Origin: Planctomycetota bacterium
GTDB taxonomy: Bacteria; Planctomycetota; B15-G4
Reading direction: 5' to 3'
Length of the DNA stretch: 64,000 nucleotides
NCBI GenBank assembly: GCA_038212275.1
Contig: JBBQUR010000013.1
Coordinates: 64,001 to 128,000 of the forward strand
Below the pieces are notes generated by a model that was not told the DNA's origin, ran no database searches, and saw only the letters and a list, made by a program, of their open reading frames with translations. The position numbers and the translations under genes are program-made. Below are positions 8,934 through 17,760 of the stretch, piece after piece. The first letter of the stretch is position 1. Each line of letters opens with the position of its first letter.

Positions 8934-9968
8934 ATGAACCCGATGACCGCCGTCGTGTTCAGCCCCGTGTCCTGCCCGGCGGCCGCAGCCCTGCTCGCGG
9001 CGCTCACGGCTGGTCTCGGGGTCGTGCGGCCGGTCACCCGGTGCGAGGAGGCGGCCCGCGCCTGCCTGCAGGACAGCCGCTCCATCCTCGTGCTCGACTT
9101 GCGCGGGGCGGACGAGGCGGACGTCGGGGAGGCTCATGCACTGCGCCGGGCGCTCCCCGCCACGCGCATGCTGGCGCTCATGACTCCCGGCCGGGCCGCA
9201 CCGCCCGAGTGCGACGGCGTGCTGGTCGAGCCCTTCTACCTGGTGGAGGTCGTGCGCTGGTGCGCACGCGCGAGCGTCGCCCCGCTGGCGGAAAGCGTGC
9301 TCGCGGACCTTGCCGCGGGCCTCTCGCACGAGATCGGCAACCCGCTGACCGCGCTCCTCATGCAGCTCGAGCTGCTGAAGACCGACAAGCGCATCCCGAA
9401 CATCCGCGAACATCTCGAGCTCATCGAGGAATCCACCCGGCGCATTCAGGACGTCGTGAGCGACGTCACCTTCGCGTCCGAGCGCCGCCCCATCGCGACG
9501 ACGAACGGCAGCCTGCGCTCGCTGCTCGAACGCGCCCGGAGCCTCGTCGGTGAGCGCGGCCCGACGCTCGGAGCGCGCATCGCCCTGGATTGCACCGACC
9601 AGCCGCTGGAGGTCGAGCGCGAACTGCTGGCGGGTGCGTTGGCCGACCTCTGGCAGTACCTGCTCATCGCCGGCGACGGCAGCCGCCCGCTGCACGTGGA
9701 GGCCGGTCCGCTCGACGAGCGCTCGCTGGGCATCCGCGCGCGGGCCCACGTGCCGCGCCTTCCGCCCGACGCGGCAGGCCGCCTCTTCACGCCGCTCTGG
9801 GCGCGCCAGGCGCTGGGGCTGCCGGTGGGCTTGTCGCTGACCTCGGCGCGCGCCGCCTTCCGACGCCACGGCGGCGACCTGCGCGCGCGCGAGCAGCGTG
9901 GCAACCTGTTGACCGTGGAGGCGCTGCTGCCGCGCGAGGGCGCCGAGACGCGCTGGGCCGCCGAATGA
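8934..9968 (+). CDS. Histidine kinase-like protein: receiver-like N-terminus, intact HisKA H-box, degenerate ATPase domain
   Basis: LAAGLSHEIGNPLT H-box. The C-terminus retains the HATPase outline (RLFTPLW, GLSL, RHGG) but lacks the N-box Asn and the G1/G2 boxes. Confidence 0.75.
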   Translation: MNPMTAVVFSPVSCPAAAALLAALTAGLGVVRPVTRCEEAARACLQDSRSILVLDLRGADEADVGEAHALRRALPATRMLALMTPGRAAPPECDGVLVEPFYLVEVVRWCARASVAPLAESVLADLAAGLSHEIGNPLTALLMQLELLKTDKRIPNIREHLELIEESTRRIQDVVSDVTFASERRPIATTNGSLRSLLERARSLVGERGPTLGARIALDCTDQPLEVERELLAGALADLWQYLLIAGDGSRPLHVEAGPLDERSLGIRARAHVPRLPPDAAGRLFTPLWARQALGLPVGLSLTSARAAFRRHGGDLRAREQRGNLLTVEALLPREGAETRWAAE

Positions 9969-10011
9969 TGCGCGCACGCTCGAGCTGCTCCCGTCCTCCG
10001 GTCTCTCCATC

Positions 10012-13000
10012 ATGCTGAGGCAGCGTCGTCGCACGAGCTGGCAATGGGTGCCGTGGATCGCCGCCGCGTTTCTGGTGATCGCCGTCGGCATCACGCTCGT
10101 CCGCACGATGGATCGCGACGACGACGTCGCCATTGCCTCCGCCCTCCGGCAGGGTGACCCGCTGACGGGACGCGCGAAGGATCCGACGGCGGCCCTGCAG
10201 GTGCTCGAGGCGCTGCTCGAGAAGCAGCCGCAGCACTACGCGGCGCTGGTGGAACGCGCGCGCACCTGGGCGGACCTGCGTGCCTGGAACATCGCAGTCG
10301 ATTCGCTCGAAGCCGCCGCAGCATGCGCCGCCACGCCCCGGGAGCAGGCCGACGCGCTCACCCTGGCCATGGACTACCTGGTCCTCGACAACCGCTTCGA
10401 TGACGCGGTGGCCGTCGGCCAGCGCACGGTGGAACTGCAGCCCGACGAGCCGCTGCGCGCCCTGCGTCTCGGCACGACCTACCTGAAGGGCAGCGTCGCG
10501 GCCCAGCAGGACGCGACGCGGCCCTTCGTGGACCAGGTTCTGAAGAGCCTCTCGGACGTGGAAGCCGAAGACCGCATCGAGGCCTACGTCACGGACCTCT
10601 TCGGCACACCCGATCTCGAGGCGCTGCTCGCGGCCCTCATGCCGGGCGGCGACGCGGTCATGCGCCAGTCCGTTTCCGCGCAGCTCGTTACGGCGCGCGA
10701 TCGATTCCGGCTGGCGTGCGAGACGCTTTCCGGATACGCGGGCTACGCAGGCTTCGATCCGGCCGTCGCCCGCGGGTGGACCACCGCGCTCTTCCGCTCC
10801 GGGCGACTGTACGAGGCGGCCATCGAGTGCGGCATGGCGATGCGCGAGCCCTCGCTGAGCATCGGCTCCCGACGCGACTTCCTCGAGGTGCAGGCGCGCT
10901 GCGCGGCTGCCGTCGGCGAACACGGCCTGGCCGCCGACAAATACCAGGCCATCCTGGATGCCCATGCAGCCGAAGCCGGCGCTCCCACGCCCTACCAGTT
11001 CGCCTACGCCCTCTACGACGAGCGCGTGCAGGCCGAGCAGTGGGACTGGATCCTCGAGCACGTCGCCGCCGACAGCGCGCGCTACGGCAACGACTCGATG
11101 CTGCGCTTTGCGCGCGCTTCCGCGTTGCACGCCGCGGGGCGCGCCGTGGAGGCGCGCGAGGAGATCATCGACGCCTTCACCGCCGTGTCGCTCGGCTCCA
11201 AGCGGGCGTCGCCCGCCAGCCTGCGCGGCTCGCCGCAACGTCGCCGCGCCATCGCGATGCTCGCCTACCGCCTCTTCAACGAGACGGGCGACCGGCGCGC
11301 AAGCAGCGCACTAGACTCCGTCCTCGCGCAGAGTCCCGGCGACCTCGAGGCGCTGCGGCTGCGCAGCGCGCTCGCGCTCTCCGAGGGCCGCGCCGACGCG
11401 GCGCAGTCGGATGCCTTCGCGCTGCTCTCTCGCCACCGTCGCGACCGCGAGGACTTCCAGCGCTGGCTCGAGGCCGCCGACGCCCTGAGCAAGCAACGCT
11501 TCGGAGGCAGCACCCTGCAGGAGCGCGCCGTCGCCAAGGTGGACGACTCGGATCGCTGGCAGCGCGACAGCGATGATGCGAGCTTCGTCGCCTACTCGGC
11601 GCAGGTCGGGCGCCGGAAGCCCAGCCGGATCACGGTGCTGCCCGACCAGCTCCACCTGTCGTCCGACCCGGCGTTCTCCTTCGCGATCATCGAGGAGCTC
11701 GTGCGGCGCAACAACGTCCCGCGCGCGCGCGCCGAGTTGCGCAAGCTGTCGGACGCGTACCCCTACGTCCAGGAGTTCCGCTACAGGCTGGGGCGCCTGC
11801 TCGTGCGCGAAGGCCAGTACGAGTTCGCCTCGGAGGAATTCCTCCGCCTGCTGCAGGACATCCCGGGAGATACCGAGGTCCTCGACCTCGCCGCACGGAC
11901 CAAGCTCGCCCAGGGCAAGGACCAGGAAGCGGCCGCGCTCGTGAACCGGACAATTCTCGATGACCCGCTCGGCGTCGGCGCCGTGCGCTACGGCCAGCGA
12001 CTCGTGGATCGCGGCCGCGCGGACCAGGCCGAGAAGCTCATCGAACGCCTCGTGCGCTGGACGGACTTCGACCAGCGGCTCGACGTGCTGCTGCTCGCGG
12101 CGCGCGTGCAGCTCGCGCTCAACCACCTGCCGGAAGCCGAGGCCATCCTGGCCAACGTCGCGGCACAGGCGCCCGACAACGTGGACGTGGCGCTGCTGGG
12201 CCTCGACATCGGCATCAGGAAGGACGCGCGCAATCTCGTGGACGTCGCGGTCGCGACGCTCAAGCCCCTCGCCGCCGAGCTCTTCCCCGACCAGATGGCG
12301 ATCATCGCGGACCGCCTGCTCCAGGCGAAGCTCTACCCCGAGATCGTCGCGGTCTTCGACGAGACGGTGCGCAAGCTGCCTGCCGCGCGGCCCGCGCTGC
12401 GCGCGGTGGCCGACGCGTGCAAGGCGCTGGGACGATTCGAGGAGGCCGACGAACTCCTGGCCGAGATCATTGACGACGATGCCGACGCGCTCATCGACCA
12501 GTTCATTCTGCTCGGCCTGCGCGGCGAGGCCGACGAGGCCAGCCGTCGCCTGCGCCTGCAGCCCACGGCCTCCAGCCAGCGCTCGCTCGTGGACCTGCTG
12601 CTGCTGCTCGGCAACGCGGTGCGCGATATCCCCGCGCTCAACGACGCCGAGCCGCTCGTCCGACTGCGCCAGCTCCGCATGGATGAGCGCCTGAGCCCCG
12701 CCGGCCTGCAGCTCCTCGATGCGATCGTGCGCATCGCGCCCAACCGCCGCAATCTCGCGGACGTGACTCCGAGCTCCGTCGTGAACGACCCGCGCACGAC
12801 GTATCCCGACGCCGGCCACGACGTGCAGGTGCTCGTGGACCTGGCACGCCAGGATCCCGAGGCCGCGCGCGATCTGTCGCGCGACCTGGTCTACCTGCTG
12901 CTCTTCGGAGACCGCCCCTTCTGGAGTCGCGAATCGCAGCTCCTCGCCGAACATGCGCTGACGCTCGCGCCGACACTGGCGCTGCCGACCCGCACGCTGG

Positions 13001-14406
13001 CGCGCGCGGACCTCGAGCTCGGCCATCCCCGCGACGCCCTGCTGCGCCTGCTGCCGATCCTGCAGACGGAGCAGCCTGATGTCGCCGACATGAAGGTCTT
13101 CCTGCAGGCCGCGCGCGACTTCGGGCACAGCGAATGGGGCGTCACGTACGCGCTGCACTTCGATGCACGGCCCGATCTGCAGCTGCTGCTCGCCGAGACG
13201 CTCCTGAGCTGGGGCCATGCCGATGAAGCGCGCGCGCTGCTCTCGACGCTCGTCGCCGAGCACCCGACGGACACGGCCATGATCATCGGCCTCATCGAAA
13301 GCCTCGAAGCGGGCAAGCGTCACGACGATGCTCTGCCCTTCGTGGACCACGCGCTCACGAACTTCCCGGACGACCCGGCCGTGGTCGCGACGTGCGCCGA
13401 CGCGCTGTCCCTGCTGCCCCACCCCTCCGAGCGCGCCGTAGAACTCATGACCGGGCTGAGCGCGAGCCACGACACCTATCCCGCGCTCGACGAAGCGCTC
13501 GCACGCGCGCAGTTCGGCGACCCGGCCGCCGTGCAGCGGACGCTGCAGCGACTGCTCGATCGGCTGCCGCTCAACCCCGTGCCCGCGGGCGGCACGGAGG
13601 CAGGCCAGCGAGGCATGCTGCTGGTGCGAGCGGCGCACACGGCGCGCATCAGCGACCTGCTGTCACTGGCGCGTGAGCTCGACAGCCTTGCGCTGCAGAT
13701 CGAACCGGGCGCCATCAACCTCTACAAGGAGCTGGCCTTCCTCGAACACAAGGACGGCAACCTGGACCGCGAGCGCCGTTATCTCGAGGTGCTCAGCTTC
13801 GTGGATCTCAACGACCGCGAGGCGGCGATGCAGCTCGCGCAGCTCGACTTCCAGCAGCTCGGCCAACCCACGCGCGCGGCCGACGTCGTGCGCCGCACCT
13901 TTGGCACGAGCATGCCGCCCGATGGCGTTGAAATCGTCGCCGCGGAGGCCTTCCTGCTCGGCCGCCCGCTCGATGCCATCACGGCCTTCTACGCGGTGCA
14001 GGGCAACCCGCTCGTCTCGGAGGACACCTACCTCACGGTGGCGCGCATCGCCTACGCCTCGGGCATCGACGACATCGCGAAGCCGCTGTTCCAGCTGGCC
14101 GTGAAGAACCTCCCGACGGACGATCCTCGCGTGTCCAGGCCGCAATGGCTGCTCGACAAGCGGCTCGTCGACGTGAAGCCGTCGCACATCACCATCACCC
14201 CGCCCGGCGCGGCCACGGCACCGGCGGAGGCCACGCCTGCCGAACTTGACACGCCTGCCGAACTTGACGCGCCTGTGAACACACAGGCTGTGTCGCCGAC
14301 TGATCCTTCGCCTGCTGCTGCACCGCCAGGCGGTGCGTCGCCACCCGCAGCGGTCGAACCGGAAAACGCACCCGCAGAGGACGCGGCGACCGAACCCGGG
14401 CCGTGA
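10012..14406 (+). CDS. Large membrane-anchored TPR-repeat protein (1464 aa)
   Basis: N-terminal TM segment, many TPR-like helical pairs ending in P-D/N turns, and a Pro/Ala-rich C-terminal tail. Confidence 0.85.
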   Translation: MLRQRRRTSWQWVPWIAAAFLVIAVGITLVRTMDRDDDVAIASALRQGDPLTGRAKDPTAALQVLEALLEKQPQHYAALVERARTWADLRAWNIAVDSLEAAAACAATPREQADALTLAMDYLVLDNRFDDAVAVGQRTVELQPDEPLRALRLGTTYLKGSVAAQQDATRPFVDQVLKSLSDVEAEDRIEAYVTDLFGTPDLEALLAALMPGGDAVMRQSVSAQLVTARDRFRLACETLSGYAGYAGFDPAVARGWTTALFRSGRLYEAAIECGMAMREPSLSIGSRRDFLEVQARCAAAVGEHGLAADKYQAILDAHAAEAGAPTPYQFAYALYDERVQAEQWDWILEHVAADSARYGNDSMLRFARASALHAAGRAVEAREEIIDAFTAVSLGSKRASPASLRGSPQRRRAIAMLAYRLFNETGDRRASSALDSVLAQSPGDLEALRLRSALALSEGRADAAQSDAFALLSRHRRDREDFQRWLEAADALSKQRFGGSTLQERAVAKVDDSDRWQRDSDDASFVAYSAQVGRRKPSRITVLPDQLHLSSDPAFSFAIIEELVRRNNVPRARAELRKLSDAYPYVQEFRYRLGRLLVREGQYEFASEEFLRLLQDIPGDTEVLDLAARTKLAQGKDQEAAALVNRTILDDPLGVGAVRYGQRLVDRGRADQAEKLIERLVRWTDFDQRLDVLLLAARVQLALNHLPEAEAILANVAAQAPDNVDVALLGLDIGIRKDARNLVDVAVATLKPLAAELFPDQMAIIADRLLQAKLYPEIVAVFDETVRKLPAARPALRAVADACKALGRFEEADELLAEIIDDDADALIDQFILLGLRGEADEASRRLRLQPTASSQRSLVDLLLLLGNAVRDIPALNDAEPLVRLRQLRMDERLSPAGLQLLDAIVRIAPNRRNLADVTPSSVVNDPRTTYPDAGHDVQVLVDLARQDPEAARDLSRDLVYLLLFGDRPFWSRESQLLAEHALTLAPTLALPTRTLARADLELGHPRDALLRLLPILQTEQPDVADMKVFLQAARDFGHSEWGVTYALHFDARPDLQLLLAETLLSWGHADEARALLSTLVAEHPTDTAMIIGLIESLEAGKRHDDALPFVDHALTNFPDDPAVVATCADALSLLPHPSERAVELMTGLSASHDTYPALDEALARAQFGDPAAVQRTLQRLLDRLPLNPVPAGGTEAGQRGMLLVRAAHTARISDLLSLARELDSLALQIEPGAINLYKELAFLEHKDGNLDRERRYLEVLSFVDLNDREAAMQLAQLDFQQLGQPTRAADVVRRTFGTSMPPDGVEIVAAEAFLLGRPLDAITAFYAVQGNPLVSEDTYLTVARIAYASGIDDIAKPLFQLAVKNLPTDDPRVSRPQWLLDKRLVDVKPSHITITPPGAATAPAEATPAELDTPAELDAPVNTQAVSPTDPSPAAAPPGGASPPAAVEPENAPAEDAATEPGP
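14233..14268 (+). repeat. 18-bp tandem duplication encoding TPAELD x2
   Basis: acgcctgccgaacttgac occurs twice in tandem. Confidence 0.9.
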
Positions 14407-14448
14407 AGCGGCGCGCTCGCCGCAGCGAGCCGCACGCGGGGCCGTCCG

Positions 14449-15366
14449 TCAATCGGGAAGCGTGCCGGGATCAAGGCAGCGCGACGCGGGCACGGGAATG
14501 TCGCCGATCGGCCCGAAGGCGTGCCGCTTCATCAGGCGCACGAGCCGACCCTGCACGCGCTCGATGCCGTGATAGTGGCGCAGCGTGCGCAGGCCACCGA
14601 GCCGGTGACGCGGCTGCCCCGGGTCCAGTTCCCACGGATGCAGGTAGACGACGCCGGGTTCGCCGTCGCGCTCGGTCCGCGTGAGGGCGCCATCCACGAG
14701 CGAAAGCGGCAGCAGGCGCAGGTAGCCGCCGCCGGCCGCCGGCCAGCGCCGCCCGAGCGCCGGCCGCGTGAGCAGCGGATACTCTCGCAGCGGCCCCGCA
14801 TCGCGCAGCGTGAGGTGCACCGCGTGGTGCGGAAACGCGGTGTCGCCATAGCGGTCGTGCCGGACGGGAAAGACGCTGGAGTCCCAGGTGTGCCCGGCCC
14901 GGGCGAGCAGCGGCAACGCCCAGCGCGTGCCGCGGCCGATCGAAAAGGTCGAGGCACGGAACCCGTCCACCGGCAGACCCGACAGGTCCTGCAGCAGGCC
15001 GCGGGCGCGACGCACATCCTGCTCGAAGCCCGCGGGGCCGAGGTCTCCGACCATGCGATGGCTGTAACCGTGGCTTGCCAGTTCATGGCCCGCCGCGACG
15101 ATGGCGCGCACGACGGCGGGCGTGCGCTCCGCGACGAGGCCGAGCACGAAGAAGGTCGCATGCACGCCGTGCTCGGCGAGCAGTTCCAGGATGGCCCCGA
15201 CGACGGCTTCCGAACGAGGCGCCTGCGCGGCCCAACTCTCCGGCGGCACGGCGCCCCACAGATTGAGCGCGTGAAAGGCCTCCTCGACGTCGAAGGACAG
15301 TCCGTGACGCAGGCCCGGCCCGGGGCGCGCGGAACCGGGCGGCGGCGACATGCTCACGCAGGCCAT
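14449..15366 (-). CDS. Polysaccharide deacetylase, XrtA-system/DUF3473 type
   Basis: SFDVEE, ATFFVLG, HELASHGYSH, DSSVFP, GGGYLRL and YLHPWELDP. Start is 15366 or 15351. Confidence 0.92.
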   Translation of the reverse strand: MACVSMSPPPGSARPGPGLRHGLSFDVEEAFHALNLWGAVPPESWAAQAPRSEAVVGAILELLAEHGVHATFFVLGLVAERTPAVVRAIVAAGHELASHGYSHRMVGDLGPAGFEQDVRRARGLLQDLSGLPVDGFRASTFSIGRGTRWALPLLARAGHTWDSSVFPVRHDRYGDTAFPHHAVHLTLRDAGPLREYPLLTRPALGRRWPAAGGGYLRLLPLSLVDGALTRTERDGEPGVVYLHPWELDPGQPRHRLGGLRTLRHYHGIERVQGRLVRLMKRHAFGPIGDIPVPASRCLDPGTLPD

Positions 15367-15385
15367 GACTGACTCCGGCGCCGGT

Positions 15386-16576
15386 TCATCGCGGACGCTC
15401 CGCGCGGCCGCGCTCGATGCCGACGCGCCGCGCGACCGCCGAAAGCCGCTCGGCAAGACAGCTCTTCGCCAGCGCCTCGACGCGCTCGGCGTTGCCGGCC
15501 CAGGTGAGCTTCTCGCGCTCGACCGTCTCGCGCGCAGCCTGACCGAGCCGGCCGCGGAGCTCCGCATCCGCGGCAAGCCGGATCACGGCTTCCGTGAGCG
15601 CCTCGGGCCGCGCGGGATCGAAGAGCAGCGCATCACGGCCATGCGTCAGCACCTCGCGCAGATTGGGCTGGTCCGGCGCGACGACGGCGCGCGAGGCCGC
15701 CATGTACTCCGCGAGCTTGAGCGGCGAGGCGTAGGGCGTCGCCGCCGGCTGCACGCAGATGTGCATCGACTGCACGAGCGCGGGCACCTCGGCGTGCTCC
15801 ACGGCGCCGGTGATCGTGACGCGCGCGGCGACATTCCGCTGCGACGCGCGCCGCTCGATGGATTCCCGCGAGGGGCCGTCCCCCACGAGCAGCAGGCGAG
15901 CGGCCGGCGGAAGGCGTCCGTCCGCAAGCGCATCGACGAGGTCCTCGATGCGGTGCCAGGGCCTGAAGAAGCCGGTGAAGCCGATGACGACGGCCGGCCC
16001 GGCCGCCGGCGGCCGCACCGGGTAGCGCGCGAGGTCCACGCCGTTGCGCACGACGGCGATGCGCGGGCGCGGCACGCCCGCCTCGAGCATCACGTCGGCG
16101 AGCACGCGGGTCACGCAGAGCACGCGGTCCGCGCGGCGCAGCACGGCGCGCTCTGACGACGCGGCCCAGCGACGCAGCACGAGCGTCTCGTGCGTGCCGC
16201 GCTCGTGCGCCAGCGGCGAGTTCACCTCCAGCAGCAGCGGAATGCCCAGCTTGCGGGCCACGCGCACGCCGGCGGTGTTGCCGAGGGCGTGGCGTTCGTA
16301 GAGCACTTCGGCAGCGCAGGCCCGCCCCGCCGCGGCGAGCCGGCCGGCGACCATCGGCCCGTAGGCGTGCTCGGCGACTTCGTAGAGCACGCGCGGCGCG
16401 CGCGCCGCGAGACGCGCCAGCGTTCCGCCCTCGCTGCCCATCGCGCTGCTGCCGCCGCGCGAGAGCGCCCATTCCTCCACGTGATTCCCGCGCGCCCGCA
16501 AGGCCGAGATCAGCTCGCCGATGTGCACGGCCTGGCCGTCCTTCGACTTGGTGCGGTGGTGATAGAGGATGTTCAC
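15386..16576 (-). CDS. Glycosyltransferase family 4
   Basis: GTG start (VNILYHHRT), LEVNSP, VVRNGVD and SPLKLAEYMA. Confidence 0.9.
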   Translation of the reverse strand: MNILYHHRTKSKDGQAVHIGELISALRARGNHVEEWALSRGGSSAMGSEGGTLARLAARAPRVLYEVAEHAYGPMVAGRLAAAGRACAAEVLYERHALGNTAGVRVARKLGIPLLLEVNSPLAHERGTHETLVLRRWAASSERAVLRRADRVLCVTRVLADVMLEAGVPRPRIAVVRNGVDLARYPVRPPAAGPAVVIGFTGFFRPWHRIEDLVDALADGRLPPAARLLLVGDGPSRESIERRASQRNVAARVTITGAVEHAEVPALVQSMHICVQPAATPYASPLKLAEYMAASRAVVAPDQPNLREVLTHGRDALLFDPARPEALTEAVIRLAADAELRGRLGQAARETVEREKLTWAGNAERVEALAKSCLAERLSAVARRVGIERGRAERPR

Positions 16577-17760
16577 GCGTGGCTCACGGAGCGGAAGACC
16601 TCGTGCATGCCGTCCAGCGTAGCGTCCCACGTGTGCCGTTCCGCCCACGGACGCGCGGCGTCGGCGTGCAGTTCGGAGAGTCGGCGCAACCCGTCCGCCA
16701 GGCCGTCGACCGTGGGCTCAACGAGCAGGCCGGCCCGGCAGCCGCGCAGGATTTCGGGCGTGCCCCAGATGGCCGTGGCCAGCACGGGCGTGCCGCAGGC
16801 CAGGGCCTCGAGCACCACGTTGGGCCAGCCTTCGCGCAGCGACGGCAGCACGAGCGCATCGGCCGCGCGATACCACGCCGGCAGTTCCGGCGGCGGTACG
16901 GCGCCGATGAAGCGCACGCGCCGGTCGAGCCCGAGCGCCGCGACGCGCGCGCGCAGCCGGCCTTCCGCCTCGCCGCTGCCGACGAGCACGAGCAGCGGCT
17001 CGTCGCCGCCGGGGAACACCCGGGCAAAGGCCTCCAGCAGCAGGTGCTGACCCTTGCGCTCGATGAGGTGGCCCACGCAGAGCAGCACCCGACCCGCGTC
17101 GGGCAGACCGCAGGCCTGTCGCGCGGCGGCCCGATCGCCGGGAAGGAAACGGCGCACGTCCACGCCGTTGCGCAGCGTGGTCACCTTGTCCGGCGCCACG
17201 CCGAGCGAGAGCGCCACCTCGCGCAGAGCTTCCGCGACGCAGATGACGTGATCGGCGCCGGCCAGCGCCGCCGCCACCTCGCCGCGCAGTCGCGAGTCGC
17301 CGGCGGTGAGATTGAGATCGGTGCCGCGCGCCGTGATCACGAGCGGCAGGCGCCGGTGCAGCGCCGCCTCCAGGCGCGGGCGCAGCGCCACGGCGACGGC
17401 ACCGTCCGGCCAGGCATAGTGCGCGTCGAGCACGGTGGGCTGAAAACGCAGCGCCTCGTCGAGCAGCGCATGCGCGCTGCCCGCGGCCATGAGCCGCACG
17501 CGGCAGCGATCCCCCACCACCGGCACGGCGACGAAGCGCGGATGCACCACGCGCACGCCATCCAGCATTTCCTGGGCGGGAACCTGCGCCGACTGCCGCC
17601 AGCGCGCGGGACCGAAGGGCGGCGCGCGCACCACGGGAGCAACGACGCTGAGCGTGGCGCCGTGCCGCTCGCGGTAGCGCAGCAGGCGCTCCTTCACGAA
17701 GACGCCGTGATGCGGCTGCACGGAGTTCGGGAACAGCATCGAATAGACCAGCAGCCTCAC
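16573..17760 (-). CDS. Glycosyltransferase family 4 (TuaC-like)
   Basis: LFPNSVQPHHGVFV, DAHYAWPDG, ITARGTD and EGWPNVVLEALACG; GTGA overlaps at both ends. Confidence 0.92.
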   Translation of the reverse strand: MRLLVYSMLFPNSVQPHHGVFVKERLLRYRERHGATLSVVAPVVRAPPFGPARWRQSAQVPAQEMLDGVRVVHPRFVAVPVVGDRCRVRLMAAGSAHALLDEALRFQPTVLDAHYAWPDGAVAVALRPRLEAALHRRLPLVITARGTDLNLTAGDSRLRGEVAAALAGADHVICVAEALREVALSLGVAPDKVTTLRNGVDVRRFLPGDRAAARQACGLPDAGRVLLCVGHLIERKGQHLLLEAFARVFPGGDEPLLVLVGSGEAEGRLRARVAALGLDRRVRFIGAVPPPELPAWYRAADALVLPSLREGWPNVVLEALACGTPVLATAIWGTPEILRGCRAGLLVEPTVDGLADGLRRLSELHADAARPWAERHTWDATLDGMHEVFRSVSHA

